Assembly (NCBI GenBank): GCA_007136405.1
Contig: SLHA01000013.1
Span: forward strand, 17,368-81,367
Length of the DNA stretch: 64,000 bases
Direction: 5' to 3'
DNA from: Candidatus Latescibacterota bacterium
GTDB lineage: Bacteria > Latescibacterota > UBA2968 > UBA8231
Shown here piece after piece: positions 29,740 to 38,685 of the stretch (the first letter of the stretch is position 1; each line of letters begins with the position of its first letter). The position numbers and the translations under genes were made by a program. The notes under the pieces are model-generated. The model did no database searches. It saw only the letters and a program-made list of their open reading frames with translations, and was not told the origin of the DNA.

Positions 29740-30035
29740 GAACGCGCGTCCACGTCCTGGGCAACAGTGTCGTCGACATCCTGGTTCCTGGAGTCTGGCC
29801 GGAGGGACAGGCGGGCGATGCCTGGGCGGGCAACGTGAGTGTGCTGCGGCAACCGGTCCGGGCCACGCTGGGCGGTTGCGGCGCGGCCCCGGCGTACGTG
29901 CTCGGGCGCCTGGTGTACGGTCTGGCTGCAGGTGAACCGGTGCCGAAGGCGGTGCAGGCCGCCGTCGAGCTGGCGTCGGCGGCCGTGCGGTCCGGCTGCG
30001 GCGTGCTCGGGGCCTTCGTCCAGGTTCCTCCTTGA
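29703..30035 (+). pseudogene. PfkB/ribokinase-family kinase remnant (N- and C-terminal segments only; internal in-frame deletion suspected)
   Basis: VHVLGNSVVDILV...LGGCGAAPAYVLGRL is the PfkB N-terminal sheet and GG motif. It runs directly into GEPVPKAVQAAVELASAAVRSGCGV, which looks like the PfkB C-terminal anion-hole region. About 200 aa of central domain are absent. Confidence 0.35.
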
Positions 30036-30282
30036 CATTGAAGCGGGGCCAGACTTATACTCCCTGTCCTATCCGTCCTACTCGAAAACAGGAGCTGTAC
30101 CTGGATGTCTACCCTGATTCCGGCTGTGCCCGGCCCCATCGGGCACGAGGTCAGCTGCCCGGCAGGGGTGACGTCCGCCCCGTCGACCGCTGGTTGCGGC
30201 CAACCACGCTGAAGACAGACGGTGGAGTAGCAAGCGCACAGCTTCATTCGGAATCGAGAGCTTCTGCTTAGTGACTTGCCAG

Positions 30283-30316
30283 TCCACTGTTGCTTCCCGA
30301 CAGTGGGCTTTTTTAT
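30283..30316 (+). terminator. intrinsic-terminator-like hairpin + U-tract about 35 nt upstream of thrS
   Basis: TCCACTGT-(9 nt loop)-ACAGTGGG followed by CTTTTTTAT. A smaller GGCAC-CATAG-GTGCC hairpin follows immediately. Confidence 0.6.
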
Positions 30317-30351
30317 AGGCACCATAGTGCCTCTGCGGAGAGAAGAGAACG

Positions 30352-32358
30352 ATGGAAATCCTGTTTCCCGACGGATCATCCCACCAGCATGAGGGCGGCG
30401 GAGCGCTGAAGGATATCCTGGGCGCCCTGGATCGCAAACTACTGAGACAGTTCGTCGCTGCCCGGCACCAGGACGAGATGGTCGATCTGCATACGGTTCT
30501 GCCCGCCGGAGCCCGGCCTGAACTCATCGCCTGGGAATCGCCGGACGCGCCGCTGGTGTACCGGCACAGTCTGTCTCATATCATGGCACAGGCGGTCAAG
30601 CGGTTGTTCCCGGCCGCTCAGCTTGCCATCGGGCCCGCCACGGAAGACGGTTTCTACTATGACTTCGACGTTCCGGAGCCATTTACCGCGGATGACCTCC
30701 AGCGCATCGAAGCGGAGATGAAGCGGATCGTCAAGCAGAACCAGCGGTTCGAACGTCTTGAGGTTTCCCGGCAGGAAGCCCTGGAAATGATGGAAGATGC
30801 TCCTTACAAGATGGAACTACTCCGGGAAATCCCCGAAAACGAAATCATCACGTTCTATCGCGACGGTGATTTCATCGATCTCTGCCGGGGTCCGCACATG
30901 CTGAATACAGGACAGATCAGGCATTTCAAACTGCTCAGCATCGCAGCAGCGTACTGGCGCGGTGACGAGAACCGTACCATGCTGCAGCGCATATACGGAA
31001 CGGGCTTTACGCAGCGCCAGGAGCTGGAAGCCTACCTGCGCCGGCTGGAAGAAGCCCGCAAGCGGGATCACCGTCTGCTGGGGCGACAGCTGCAACTCTT
31101 TCACCTGGACGATCAGGTCGGCCCCGGGCTGGTCCTGTGGACGCCGAACGGCACGGTGGTGCGGCAGGAATTGCAAACGTTTATCATGGGAGAACTGGTC
31201 CGGCAGGGGTACCAGCAGGTCGTCACGCCGCATATCGGCAAGCTGGACCTGTTTCGCACCAGCGGTCACTTCCCGTATTACCAGGACAGCCAGTTCCCGC
31301 CGGTGATTCAGCGTGAGCACCTGACGTCGCTGGCGCAGGAGGGTGTCAGCTGCGCCGAACTCACCCAACGCATGGCCGAGGGCGACATCGAAGGGTTCCT
31401 GCTGAAGCCCATGAACTGCCCGTTCCATGTCAAGCTCTATGCTTCACAACCGCGCTCCTATCGTGATCTGCCGCTTCGCCTGGCGGAATTCGGTGCGGTG
31501 TACCGCTGGGAACAGTCGGGCGAAATTGGCGGGTTGACCCGCGTCCGCGGATTTACCCAGGATGACGCCCACATCTTCTGCATGGAGGAGCAACTGCCTG
31601 CCGAATTGGACGGTTGCCTGGAACTGGTCAATACCATTTTCCGCACGTTGGGTATGCAGGATTATCGCGTTCGTATCGGTTTGCGTGATCCGCACGACAG
31701 CAAATACGTGGGTGATCCGCAGCACTGGGACCGGGCGGAGACCGTGTTGCGCCAGGCGGCGCATTCGCTGGGGGTGCCGTTCGTCGAAGAGCCTGGAGAG
31801 GCGGCGTTCTATGGTCCCAAGATCGATTTCGTGGTCAAAGACGTCGTCGGACGCGAGTGGCAGCTGGGTACCATTCAGGTGGATTACAGCCTGCCGGAAC
31901 GCTTCGGACTGGAATACACGGGGAAAGACGGCCAGGCGCATCGTCCGGTCATGGTTCATCGCGCCCCCTTCGGTTCACTGGAGCGTTTCGTCGGGGTGTT
32001 GATCGAGCACTTCGCCGGAGCGTTTCCCGTCTGGCTGGCGCCGGTGCAGGCCGTGGTGCTGCCTATCGCGGATCGCCACGCGGAGTATGCCGGCGGCGTC
32101 TATGACAGACTGCGTGCCGCCGGCCTGCGCGCCGCGCTGAACGATGACAACCAGACGCTGAACTACCGGATCCGGCAGGCTCAGCGTGAGAAGATACCGT
32201 ACATGCTCATCTGCGGGGACCGCGAGGTGGAGGAAGGCCGGATGGCCATCCGGTTGCGTACCGGTGAGAATCTGGAACCCGCTCAGGTAGAAGAGGTTGT
32301 GGAGATGATCCGCCGCCAGCGCGATACCCGCGCCCTGGAGCTCAAACCCCAAAGTTGA
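30352..32358 (+). CDS. thrS: threonine--tRNA ligase
   Basis: TGS N-domain, editing domain, class II core (FRTSGHF, HRAPFGSLERF) and C-terminal anticodon-binding domain. 668 aa. Confidence 0.9.
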   Translation: MEILFPDGSSHQHEGGGALKDILGALDRKLLRQFVAARHQDEMVDLHTVLPAGARPELIAWESPDAPLVYRHSLSHIMAQAVKRLFPAAQLAIGPATEDGFYYDFDVPEPFTADDLQRIEAEMKRIVKQNQRFERLEVSRQEALEMMEDAPYKMELLREIPENEIITFYRDGDFIDLCRGPHMLNTGQIRHFKLLSIAAAYWRGDENRTMLQRIYGTGFTQRQELEAYLRRLEEARKRDHRLLGRQLQLFHLDDQVGPGLVLWTPNGTVVRQELQTFIMGELVRQGYQQVVTPHIGKLDLFRTSGHFPYYQDSQFPPVIQREHLTSLAQEGVSCAELTQRMAEGDIEGFLLKPMNCPFHVKLYASQPRSYRDLPLRLAEFGAVYRWEQSGEIGGLTRVRGFTQDDAHIFCMEEQLPAELDGCLELVNTIFRTLGMQDYRVRIGLRDPHDSKYVGDPQHWDRAETVLRQAAHSLGVPFVEEPGEAAFYGPKIDFVVKDVVGREWQLGTIQVDYSLPERFGLEYTGKDGQAHRPVMVHRAPFGSLERFVGVLIEHFAGAFPVWLAPVQAVVLPIADRHAEYAGGVYDRLRAAGLRAALNDDNQTLNYRIRQAQREKIPYMLICGDREVEEGRMAIRLRTGENLEPAQVEEVVEMIRRQRDTRALELKPQS

Positions 32359-32588
32359 CGGACGGGCCGTTTCGGTCCCGCCGGTTACGAGCAGTGTTGT
32401 GCCGTTCGGGGCGCCGGCCGGATGCGAGCGCGCTGCAGGCGGATACGCTGGCGGCTGGACAGCATGCGCCTCCGTCTGGTCGCTCTCGCGGGCGAATCGC
32501 TGTGCCGGTTGACGCCCGTCAGCCCGGTCATGGCAACCGTGTTTCCGGCCAGGAGCGCCGGTCCATCGTATCGAGGAGAAACTGAAGC

Positions 32589-34358
32589 ATGCGTATGAGT
32601 CAACTGTTCAGCCAGACTCTGCGGGAGGCGGCCGCTGATGCGGACGTGGCCAGCCATCGATTGCTGCTGCGGGCGGGTTTCATCCGGCAGCTGGCCAGCG
32701 GCATATTCTGCTACCTGCCTCTGGCCCGCAGAGCCATGGACCGTGTCGAGACCATCATTCGCGAGGAGATGGCGGGAATCGGCGGTCAGGAGATCACCAT
32801 GCCGGTGGTGCATCCGGCTGACATCTGGAAGGCCACGGGCCGCTGGTACGAGATCGGCACGGAGATGGGCCGGTTCCAGGACAAGTCGAACCGCGATATG
32901 GTGCTGGCCATGACGCACGAGGAGGTTACGGCGTTTCTGGTCAGCCGGCTGATCAAGTCCTACCGTCAGCTGCCGCAGCTGGTGTATCATATCCAGACCA
33001 AATGGCGCGATGATCCGCGGCCGCGGTCCGGGCTGATCCGCGTGCGCGAGTTCACCATGAAGGACAGCTACAGTCTGGACACGGACTGGGACGGACTGGA
33101 GAAGCAGTATAGAGCCCACTACCAGGCCTATTTCAATATCTTCGAACGGTGCGGTCTGGACACGATCGCGGTGAAGTCGGACGTCGGTATGATGGGAGGA
33201 CGGGTGGCCCACGAGTACATGTACCTCAACTCCATCGGTGAGGACACGCTGATGCTGTGCGATCAGTGTCAGTACGCGGCCAACCGGCAAATCGCCACTT
33301 TTCGCCAACCGGTTGTGCCGCAAGCCCAGCCCGCGCCCCTGGAAAAGGTGTCCACTCCGGACACCCAGACCATAGAAGAGCTGACACGGCTGCTCGGTAT
33401 TCCCGCCAGTGCCACCGCCAAGGCAGTTTTCCTGGTGGCACGGCTGCTGCGGGACGGAGAAGAGCGGGATCAGTTCGTGCTGGCCGTGGTGCGCGGTGAC
33501 ATGGAACTCAACGAGACCAAACTGACCAACGCGTTGCAGGCACGCGAGCTTCGCCCGGCCCATGAGGACGAGATCCGCGCCGTGGGCGCGGAACCGGGAT
33601 ACGGTTCGCCGCTGCGGGTCCAGGGCGCCATGGTGGTCGTCGATGCGGCCGTGCCCTCGTCACCCAATCTGGTGGCCGGCGCCAACGAATCGGGTTACCA
33701 CATGCTCAACGTGAACTGCGGCCGGGACTACGAACCTGACCTGGTCGTCGATTTGGCCGCGGCTCAGGAGGGTGACGGTTGTCCCGTGTGTGGCGCCCCG
33801 TTGCGGGCCCGGCGCGGTGTCGAGGTGGGCAACATTTTCCAGCTTGGCACCAAGTACACGGAGGCCCTGGGGGGATATTTCCTGGATGCCGCGGGCGCCA
33901 ACAGGCCCGTCGTGATGGGTTCGTACGGTATCGGGGTTGGGCGTCTGCTGGCCTGTATTGCCGAGGAATACCATGATGATCAGGGGCTGGTATGGCCGGT
34001 GAGCGTGGCGCCCTTCGATGTGCACATCGTCGCCCTGGCCAGAAAACCAGGACCCGCGCTGCAGGAAGCCGAAAGGCTGTACCGGGAACTCACGGAGGCC
34101 GGACTGGCGGTCCTGCTCGACGACCGGGGTGAGAACGCGGGTGTAAAGTTCAACGACGCCGACCTGATCGGCGTTCCGGCGCGGCTGACGGTGGGGGACC
34201 GCTCGCTGAAAAACGGCCTGGTGGAGTTCAAGCTGCGACGGGAGGACGAGCGCCTGGAGGTGCCGCTGGCCGAGGTCGTTCAGCATGTCGTACAGGCTGT
34301 CGATCGTCTTCGTGGCGAACTGCTGGCCCGCGTCGGGCCGGTCGAGTACAGGGCCTGA
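32589..34358 (+). CDS. proS: proline--tRNA ligase (bacterial type with INS editing domain)
   Basis: MRMSQLFSQTLRE N-terminus and class II motifs. Insertion domain present. 589 aa. Confidence 0.9.
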   Translation: MRMSQLFSQTLREAAADADVASHRLLLRAGFIRQLASGIFCYLPLARRAMDRVETIIREEMAGIGGQEITMPVVHPADIWKATGRWYEIGTEMGRFQDKSNRDMVLAMTHEEVTAFLVSRLIKSYRQLPQLVYHIQTKWRDDPRPRSGLIRVREFTMKDSYSLDTDWDGLEKQYRAHYQAYFNIFERCGLDTIAVKSDVGMMGGRVAHEYMYLNSIGEDTLMLCDQCQYAANRQIATFRQPVVPQAQPAPLEKVSTPDTQTIEELTRLLGIPASATAKAVFLVARLLRDGEERDQFVLAVVRGDMELNETKLTNALQARELRPAHEDEIRAVGAEPGYGSPLRVQGAMVVVDAAVPSSPNLVAGANESGYHMLNVNCGRDYEPDLVVDLAAAQEGDGCPVCGAPLRARRGVEVGNIFQLGTKYTEALGGYFLDAAGANRPVVMGSYGIGVGRLLACIAEEYHDDQGLVWPVSVAPFDVHIVALARKPGPALQEAERLYRELTEAGLAVLLDDRGENAGVKFNDADLIGVPARLTVGDRSLKNGLVEFKLRREDERLEVPLAEVVQHVVQAVDRLRGELLARVGPVEYRA

Positions 34359-34416
34359 TCGGCCGTATCAACGGCTATGACGCGGCCATCGTTGGCTGCG
34401 TTTCACCACACAAGCC

Positions 34417-35586
34417 ATGGAGTCCATCATGCCTGATCCATCTGCGCACGCCGTGACCCGCGGTCCTGCTCATCATCATTTTGGTTACTATGACAAGTTT
34501 CCCTGGAACCGGAGTGGCCGCTTCCTGCTGGGGCTGGAGACCGCTTTCATGGATCGACCGCCCACGGCCAGCGACCGCGCCACCATCGGCATGGTGGATC
34601 TTGCGGCGGGCAACCAGTGGCAGCCCATCGACTCCACCCATGCCTGGAACTGGCAGCAGGGCTGCATGCTGCAGTGGCTGGGCAGTGACCCGGAGCGCTC
34701 GGTGATCTACAATGTGTGCGCGGGCGATCACTTCGCGGCGCGCATAGCGGATGTAGAGAATGGTCGACAGCGCCAGTTGGATCGGCCGGTATATGCGCTC
34801 AGCCGGGATGGCCGGCAGGCGGTCAGCGTCAACTTCGCCCGCATCGCCACCACCCGGCCCGGATACGGCTACCAGGGCCCTCCGGATCCCTGGGCCGATG
34901 ACCCTCATCCGGATGCCGACGGCATCTACTGGATGGATGTGGAGAGCGGCGAACACCGGCTGATCGTCTCTCTGGACCAGGTCGTGGGCATCGGTCATAC
35001 GGCCGGCATGGACGGGGTCACCCACTGGTTCAATCATCTGCAGTTCAACCCTTCGGGTACCCGGTTCCTGTTCCTGCATCGATGGGTCGACAGTCAGCAC
35101 GGGCGGCAGACCCGCCTGTTCACCGCCGATCCGGACGGCTCCGGACTGGCCTGTGTGGCAGACCATGGCATGGTGTCGCATTTCGACTGGCGCGATGATC
35201 GCCATATCCTGGCCTGGGCCCGGCAACACGGTGTGGGTGACCGTTACTTCGTGTTCGCGGATCCGGGCGGCCAGGCGGAAGTCCTGGCCGACGGTGTGCT
35301 GACGCAGGATGGGCACTGCTCCTACAGCCCGGACGGGCGCTGGCTGTTGACGGATACCTATCCGGATGCGCAGGGGTTCCGGACGCTGATCCTGTACGAC
35401 TTGCAGGAACAGCGCCGCATCGACCTGGGCCGGTTCTACGCCATGCCGGACCGGGCCAGTGGGGAAATCCGTTGCGATCTGCATCCACGCTGGAGCCGGG
35501 ACGGGCGCAGCATCTGTTTCGACTCGGTGCATGAAGGCAGCCGTCAGATCTACGTCATGGAGGTCGCTGACATCGTCGCGTCCTAG
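34417..35586 (+). CDS. beta-propeller protein, oligogalacturonide-lyase (Ogl/PF14583)-like
   Basis: Repeated ...SPDG/RDGR... blades. The C-terminal HPRWSRDGRSICFDSVHEGSRQIY resembles the Ogl family end. Functional call is weak. Confidence 0.45.
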   Translation: MESIMPDPSAHAVTRGPAHHHFGYYDKFPWNRSGRFLLGLETAFMDRPPTASDRATIGMVDLAAGNQWQPIDSTHAWNWQQGCMLQWLGSDPERSVIYNVCAGDHFAARIADVENGRQRQLDRPVYALSRDGRQAVSVNFARIATTRPGYGYQGPPDPWADDPHPDADGIYWMDVESGEHRLIVSLDQVVGIGHTAGMDGVTHWFNHLQFNPSGTRFLFLHRWVDSQHGRQTRLFTADPDGSGLACVADHGMVSHFDWRDDRHILAWARQHGVGDRYFVFADPGGQAEVLADGVLTQDGHCSYSPDGRWLLTDTYPDAQGFRTLILYDLQEQRRIDLGRFYAMPDRASGEIRCDLHPRWSRDGRSICFDSVHEGSRQIYVMEVADIVAS

Positions 35587-35806
35587 TGCAGGATCCACGT
35601 AGTATGCCGGGTGCGAGTAACATAGGGGGCCATCGGGGGGAAAGCCCGCCGCTCGTTTTCGCACGCCGGGTGGACCGGGTGCCTCGACGCTTCTGGTGCC
35701 CCTGCTCATCGGCGGGACAGGGCGCCAGGACGTTGGTACCGCAGACGCCTGGCGCAGTCCGGTTACTCCGGAGCCCATATCAGCCACAGAAAAGGAGAAT
35801 AGTCAG

Positions 35807-36820
35807 ATGAACGAGCAGGAGATCATACGCTGCGGCGTCGTCGGATATGGTGGTGCTTTCAACATGGGGCATCGCCATCTGACTTCCATGGAACGGAATC
35901 CGGGAATGACTGCAGCGGCGATCTGCGAACCGGATGCGTCTCGTCGTCAGGTGGCGCAGGAGGAATGGCCCCAGGCCAGGGTCTATGCCCGGCTTGACGA
36001 CATGCTGGCGGCCGAGGATCTGGGGCTGGTGGCAATCATCACGCCGCACGATACCCATGGGGAACTGGCGGTTCAGTGCCTCAACGCCGGCGTGTCCGTG
36101 GTCTGCGAGAAGCCCATGGCCATCACCACAGACGAAGTCAAGGCCATGATCCAGGCGGCAGAACGCAATAAGGTGGTTCTGTCCACCTTTCACAACCGGC
36201 GCTGGGACGGAGACTTCATGGCGCTGCGAGAGTTGATCTGCACTGAGCAACTGATCGGTCGCGTTTTTCGCATCGAAGCGGCCATCGGCGGGTACGGACC
36301 CCAGGGCAAGTGGTGGCGAGCGAATCGCCGCATATCGGGTGGGTCAATCTACGACTGGGGAGCTCACTTCACGGACTGGATTCTCAACCTGGTGCCTGAG
36401 AAAGTCGATTGGGTCAGCGGATACCAGGTCAAGAACCCTGCCTGGGATGAGTATACCAACGAAGACCATTCGGAATATACCCTGCAGTTTTCCGGCGGCT
36501 GCGTAGCCACGCTGACCGTCTCCAACCTGTCGATGCTCGGCAAGCCGCGCTGGCGGATTCTGGGGGAATGGGGAGCGATCGAGGACACCGGTGGCAAGTT
36601 CATGGTGAAGACGCTGGTCAAGAGCCGTCAGCTGGGCGCCGAGATCGCCTTTCAGAACTCGGACTGGGATGCATACTATCGCAACATCCACGAGCACCTG
36701 ACCAAAGGGGCGGACCTGGTCATCACGCCGGAATCCGCCGCCCGTGTCATTGCCGTGCTGGAGGCTGCCAACGCTTCCGCCTCCAGCGGATCGAAACCGG
36801 TCAAACCGGTATTCACCTGA
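35807..36820 (+). CDS. Gfo/Idh/MocA-family oxidoreductase
   Basis: Start MNEQEIIRCGVVGYGG is preceded by AAAAGGAGAA; EKP motif present. The ORF-track upstream extension was rejected. Confidence 0.8.
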   Translation: MNEQEIIRCGVVGYGGAFNMGHRHLTSMERNPGMTAAAICEPDASRRQVAQEEWPQARVYARLDDMLAAEDLGLVAIITPHDTHGELAVQCLNAGVSVVCEKPMAITTDEVKAMIQAAERNKVVLSTFHNRRWDGDFMALRELICTEQLIGRVFRIEAAIGGYGPQGKWWRANRRISGGSIYDWGAHFTDWILNLVPEKVDWVSGYQVKNPAWDEYTNEDHSEYTLQFSGGCVATLTVSNLSMLGKPRWRILGEWGAIEDTGGKFMVKTLVKSRQLGAEIAFQNSDWDAYYRNIHEHLTKGADLVITPESAARVIAVLEAANASASSGSKPVKPVFT

Positions 36821-37234
36821 GGCGCAGGATGCACACCACCGAGCCGCTGCTCGAGCTCGATGCGCCAGCGCTGGAGCGGGCTGCCCCGCTGGCCGGGATC
36901 GGCAGAAAGTCCGGCGACCTTGTCGTCGGGCTTTCCGCCGTACGGCGCACCCAGGATCTGGCTCTGATCGTGCTCGAGTCAAGCATATCGCACCACACAC
37001 ACACCGAACTGGCGCGGCGCCGGCGGGCAGGCGTTCTGGTTTTTCAGGTAGATTCGCTGTCGCCTCTGACTGCGGCCATCGGCAGGCAGGATGCTCGGGT
37101 TGTCGGCGTCAAGCGCGGCCCCCTGGCGGAGGGCATGATCGCCCGGCTGCAGGACGGCTGAACCAACAACCTCGGTCCGGCTGTCGATCCGCCTCGGCCG
37201 GCAGGGCGCCTGATCGCGGATACATGCTTCCCTG

Positions 37235-38101
37235 TCAGGACTGGATGCTCACCCGCATGCTCAGATCCAGCGCCGGAGCGGAATGGGTGAGAGCACCGAT
37301 GGAGACGAGGTCCACCCCGGTGCTGGCAATGTTCCGGATGTTGCCGAGGGTGATCCCTCCGGTGGCTTCGATTTCCGTTTCCGGCAGGGAGCGGCGGATC
37401 AGGGATACGGCCTGGGTCATGGTTTCCAGCGGCATGTTATCCAGCATGATCCGGTCCGGTCCGGCCGACAGCAGTTGCCGTACTTCGCTCAGGGTCTCGG
37501 CTTCCGCATAGACCGGAACCTGCCGGCCCGCGGCCATGGCTGCCTTCCGGGCCTGCACCACGGCGGCGTCCACCCCGCCCGCACAGATCGCATGGTTTTC
37601 CTTGATCAACACGGCATCGAACAGGCCCATGCGGTGGTTGACGCCCCCCCCCAGGCGAACGGCGTATTTCTCCAGCTCACGCCAGCCCGGAGTCGTCTTG
37701 CGCGTGTCGGTTATTCGGCACCGGGTTGCCGCCACGGCGTCCACGTATGCCCGCGTCAAAGTGCTGATGCCGCTGAGACGCTGCAGGAAATTCAGTGCAG
37801 TGCGTTCGGCCGCCAGTAAAGCTGCGGCACTACCGTAGACCCGCGCTACGGTGGCGCCGGCCACGACCCGGCCGCCGTCGGCCGTACAGGCTTCGAAACA
37901 CGTCTCTGCGTCCAGTTGCCTGAACACATGCCCCGCGAGCTCCATGCCCGCCATGACGCCATCCTGGCGGGACACGATAACCGCCGTGGCCCGGGCCCCG
38001 GCCGGCACCGTCCACGTCGTGGTGATATCGAGATCGAGGTCCGGCTCCGTGCTTCCCAGATCCTCCCGCAAGGCTGCGCAGATCAACTCCTGGGCGTTCA
38101 T
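37235..38101 (-). CDS. nadC: nicotinate-nucleotide pyrophosphorylase (carboxylating) / quinolinate phosphoribosyltransferase
   Basis: LDITT N-terminal region, TRKTTPG and LDNM motifs. Start at MNAQELI. Confidence 0.85.
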   Translation of the reverse strand: MNAQELICAALREDLGSTEPDLDLDITTTWTVPAGARATAVIVSRQDGVMAGMELAGHVFRQLDAETCFEACTADGGRVVAGATVARVYGSAAALLAAERTALNFLQRLSGISTLTRAYVDAVAATRCRITDTRKTTPGWRELEKYAVRLGGGVNHRMGLFDAVLIKENHAICAGGVDAAVVQARKAAMAAGRQVPVYAEAETLSEVRQLLSAGPDRIMLDNMPLETMTQAVSLIRRSLPETEIEATGGITLGNIRNIASTGVDLVSIGALTHSAPALDLSMRVSIQS

Positions 38102-38685
38102 CGCTCCTCCTGATGGTGTCAAGCATCCCTCCGGCGGTTGGCCGGCCCGCACCTCATGGAAACACAACGGGGTTTTCCCGGAAGCTACCGGCGCATGCAG
38201 GTCCGGGCTGCAGGTGCCCGGAGCGAGCGGCGAGCCGGGGGATGCCTGCTGCTACGGTCACTGGCGCCGGGCCGACACCCTTATAGTTCATGAATGGGTC
38301 TTGCCAACTCGGGCATGGTCGTATTGTTCCAGCAATGAAAGGGATGCGGGAAGGTACGGCCAGGGCGTCGCTTCGACAAGGCGGACTGTGAACGAATGCA
38401 ACCCAAATATAAACATGACGTTAGAGGTAAATGGACAGAATGGAGATGGGACCATACCTTATTCCCGGTTGGTCCGCGGAAGCCTTGCAACGGCTGCGGT
38501 TGAGCGGTTAAGGGTGCGGCTGGTGATGGACGCGGTTATGGATACTGCTGTGGTTCTGCCGTCGTGTGTTGCCTTCCTGCTCCTGATGCTGCAGGATGGG
38601 ATGGTGAGGGCGATGGCGATGCGGCGTGGCTGTGTCCGGTCGCGTCGCAGGGATTTCGGATGCCAGGTAAACGGAGGAGGGTACC

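Noticed and set aside
30036-30282. Possible tRNA, tmRNA, RNase P or SRP RNA in the thrS upstream tract
   Set aside because: I could not find tRNA cloverleaf features, a tmRNA tag reading frame or 3' CCA-arm motif, the RNase P GGAAAGUCCGG block, or the SRP AGGUCCGGAAGGAAGCAGC block. It is kept only as an unclassified leader (see the 30036..30351 finding).
32359-32588. Possible terminator hairpin right after thrS (CGGGCCGTTTCGGTCCCG)
   Set aside because: The stem is imperfect and it has no T-tract, so the evidence is weak. proS may be co-transcribed.
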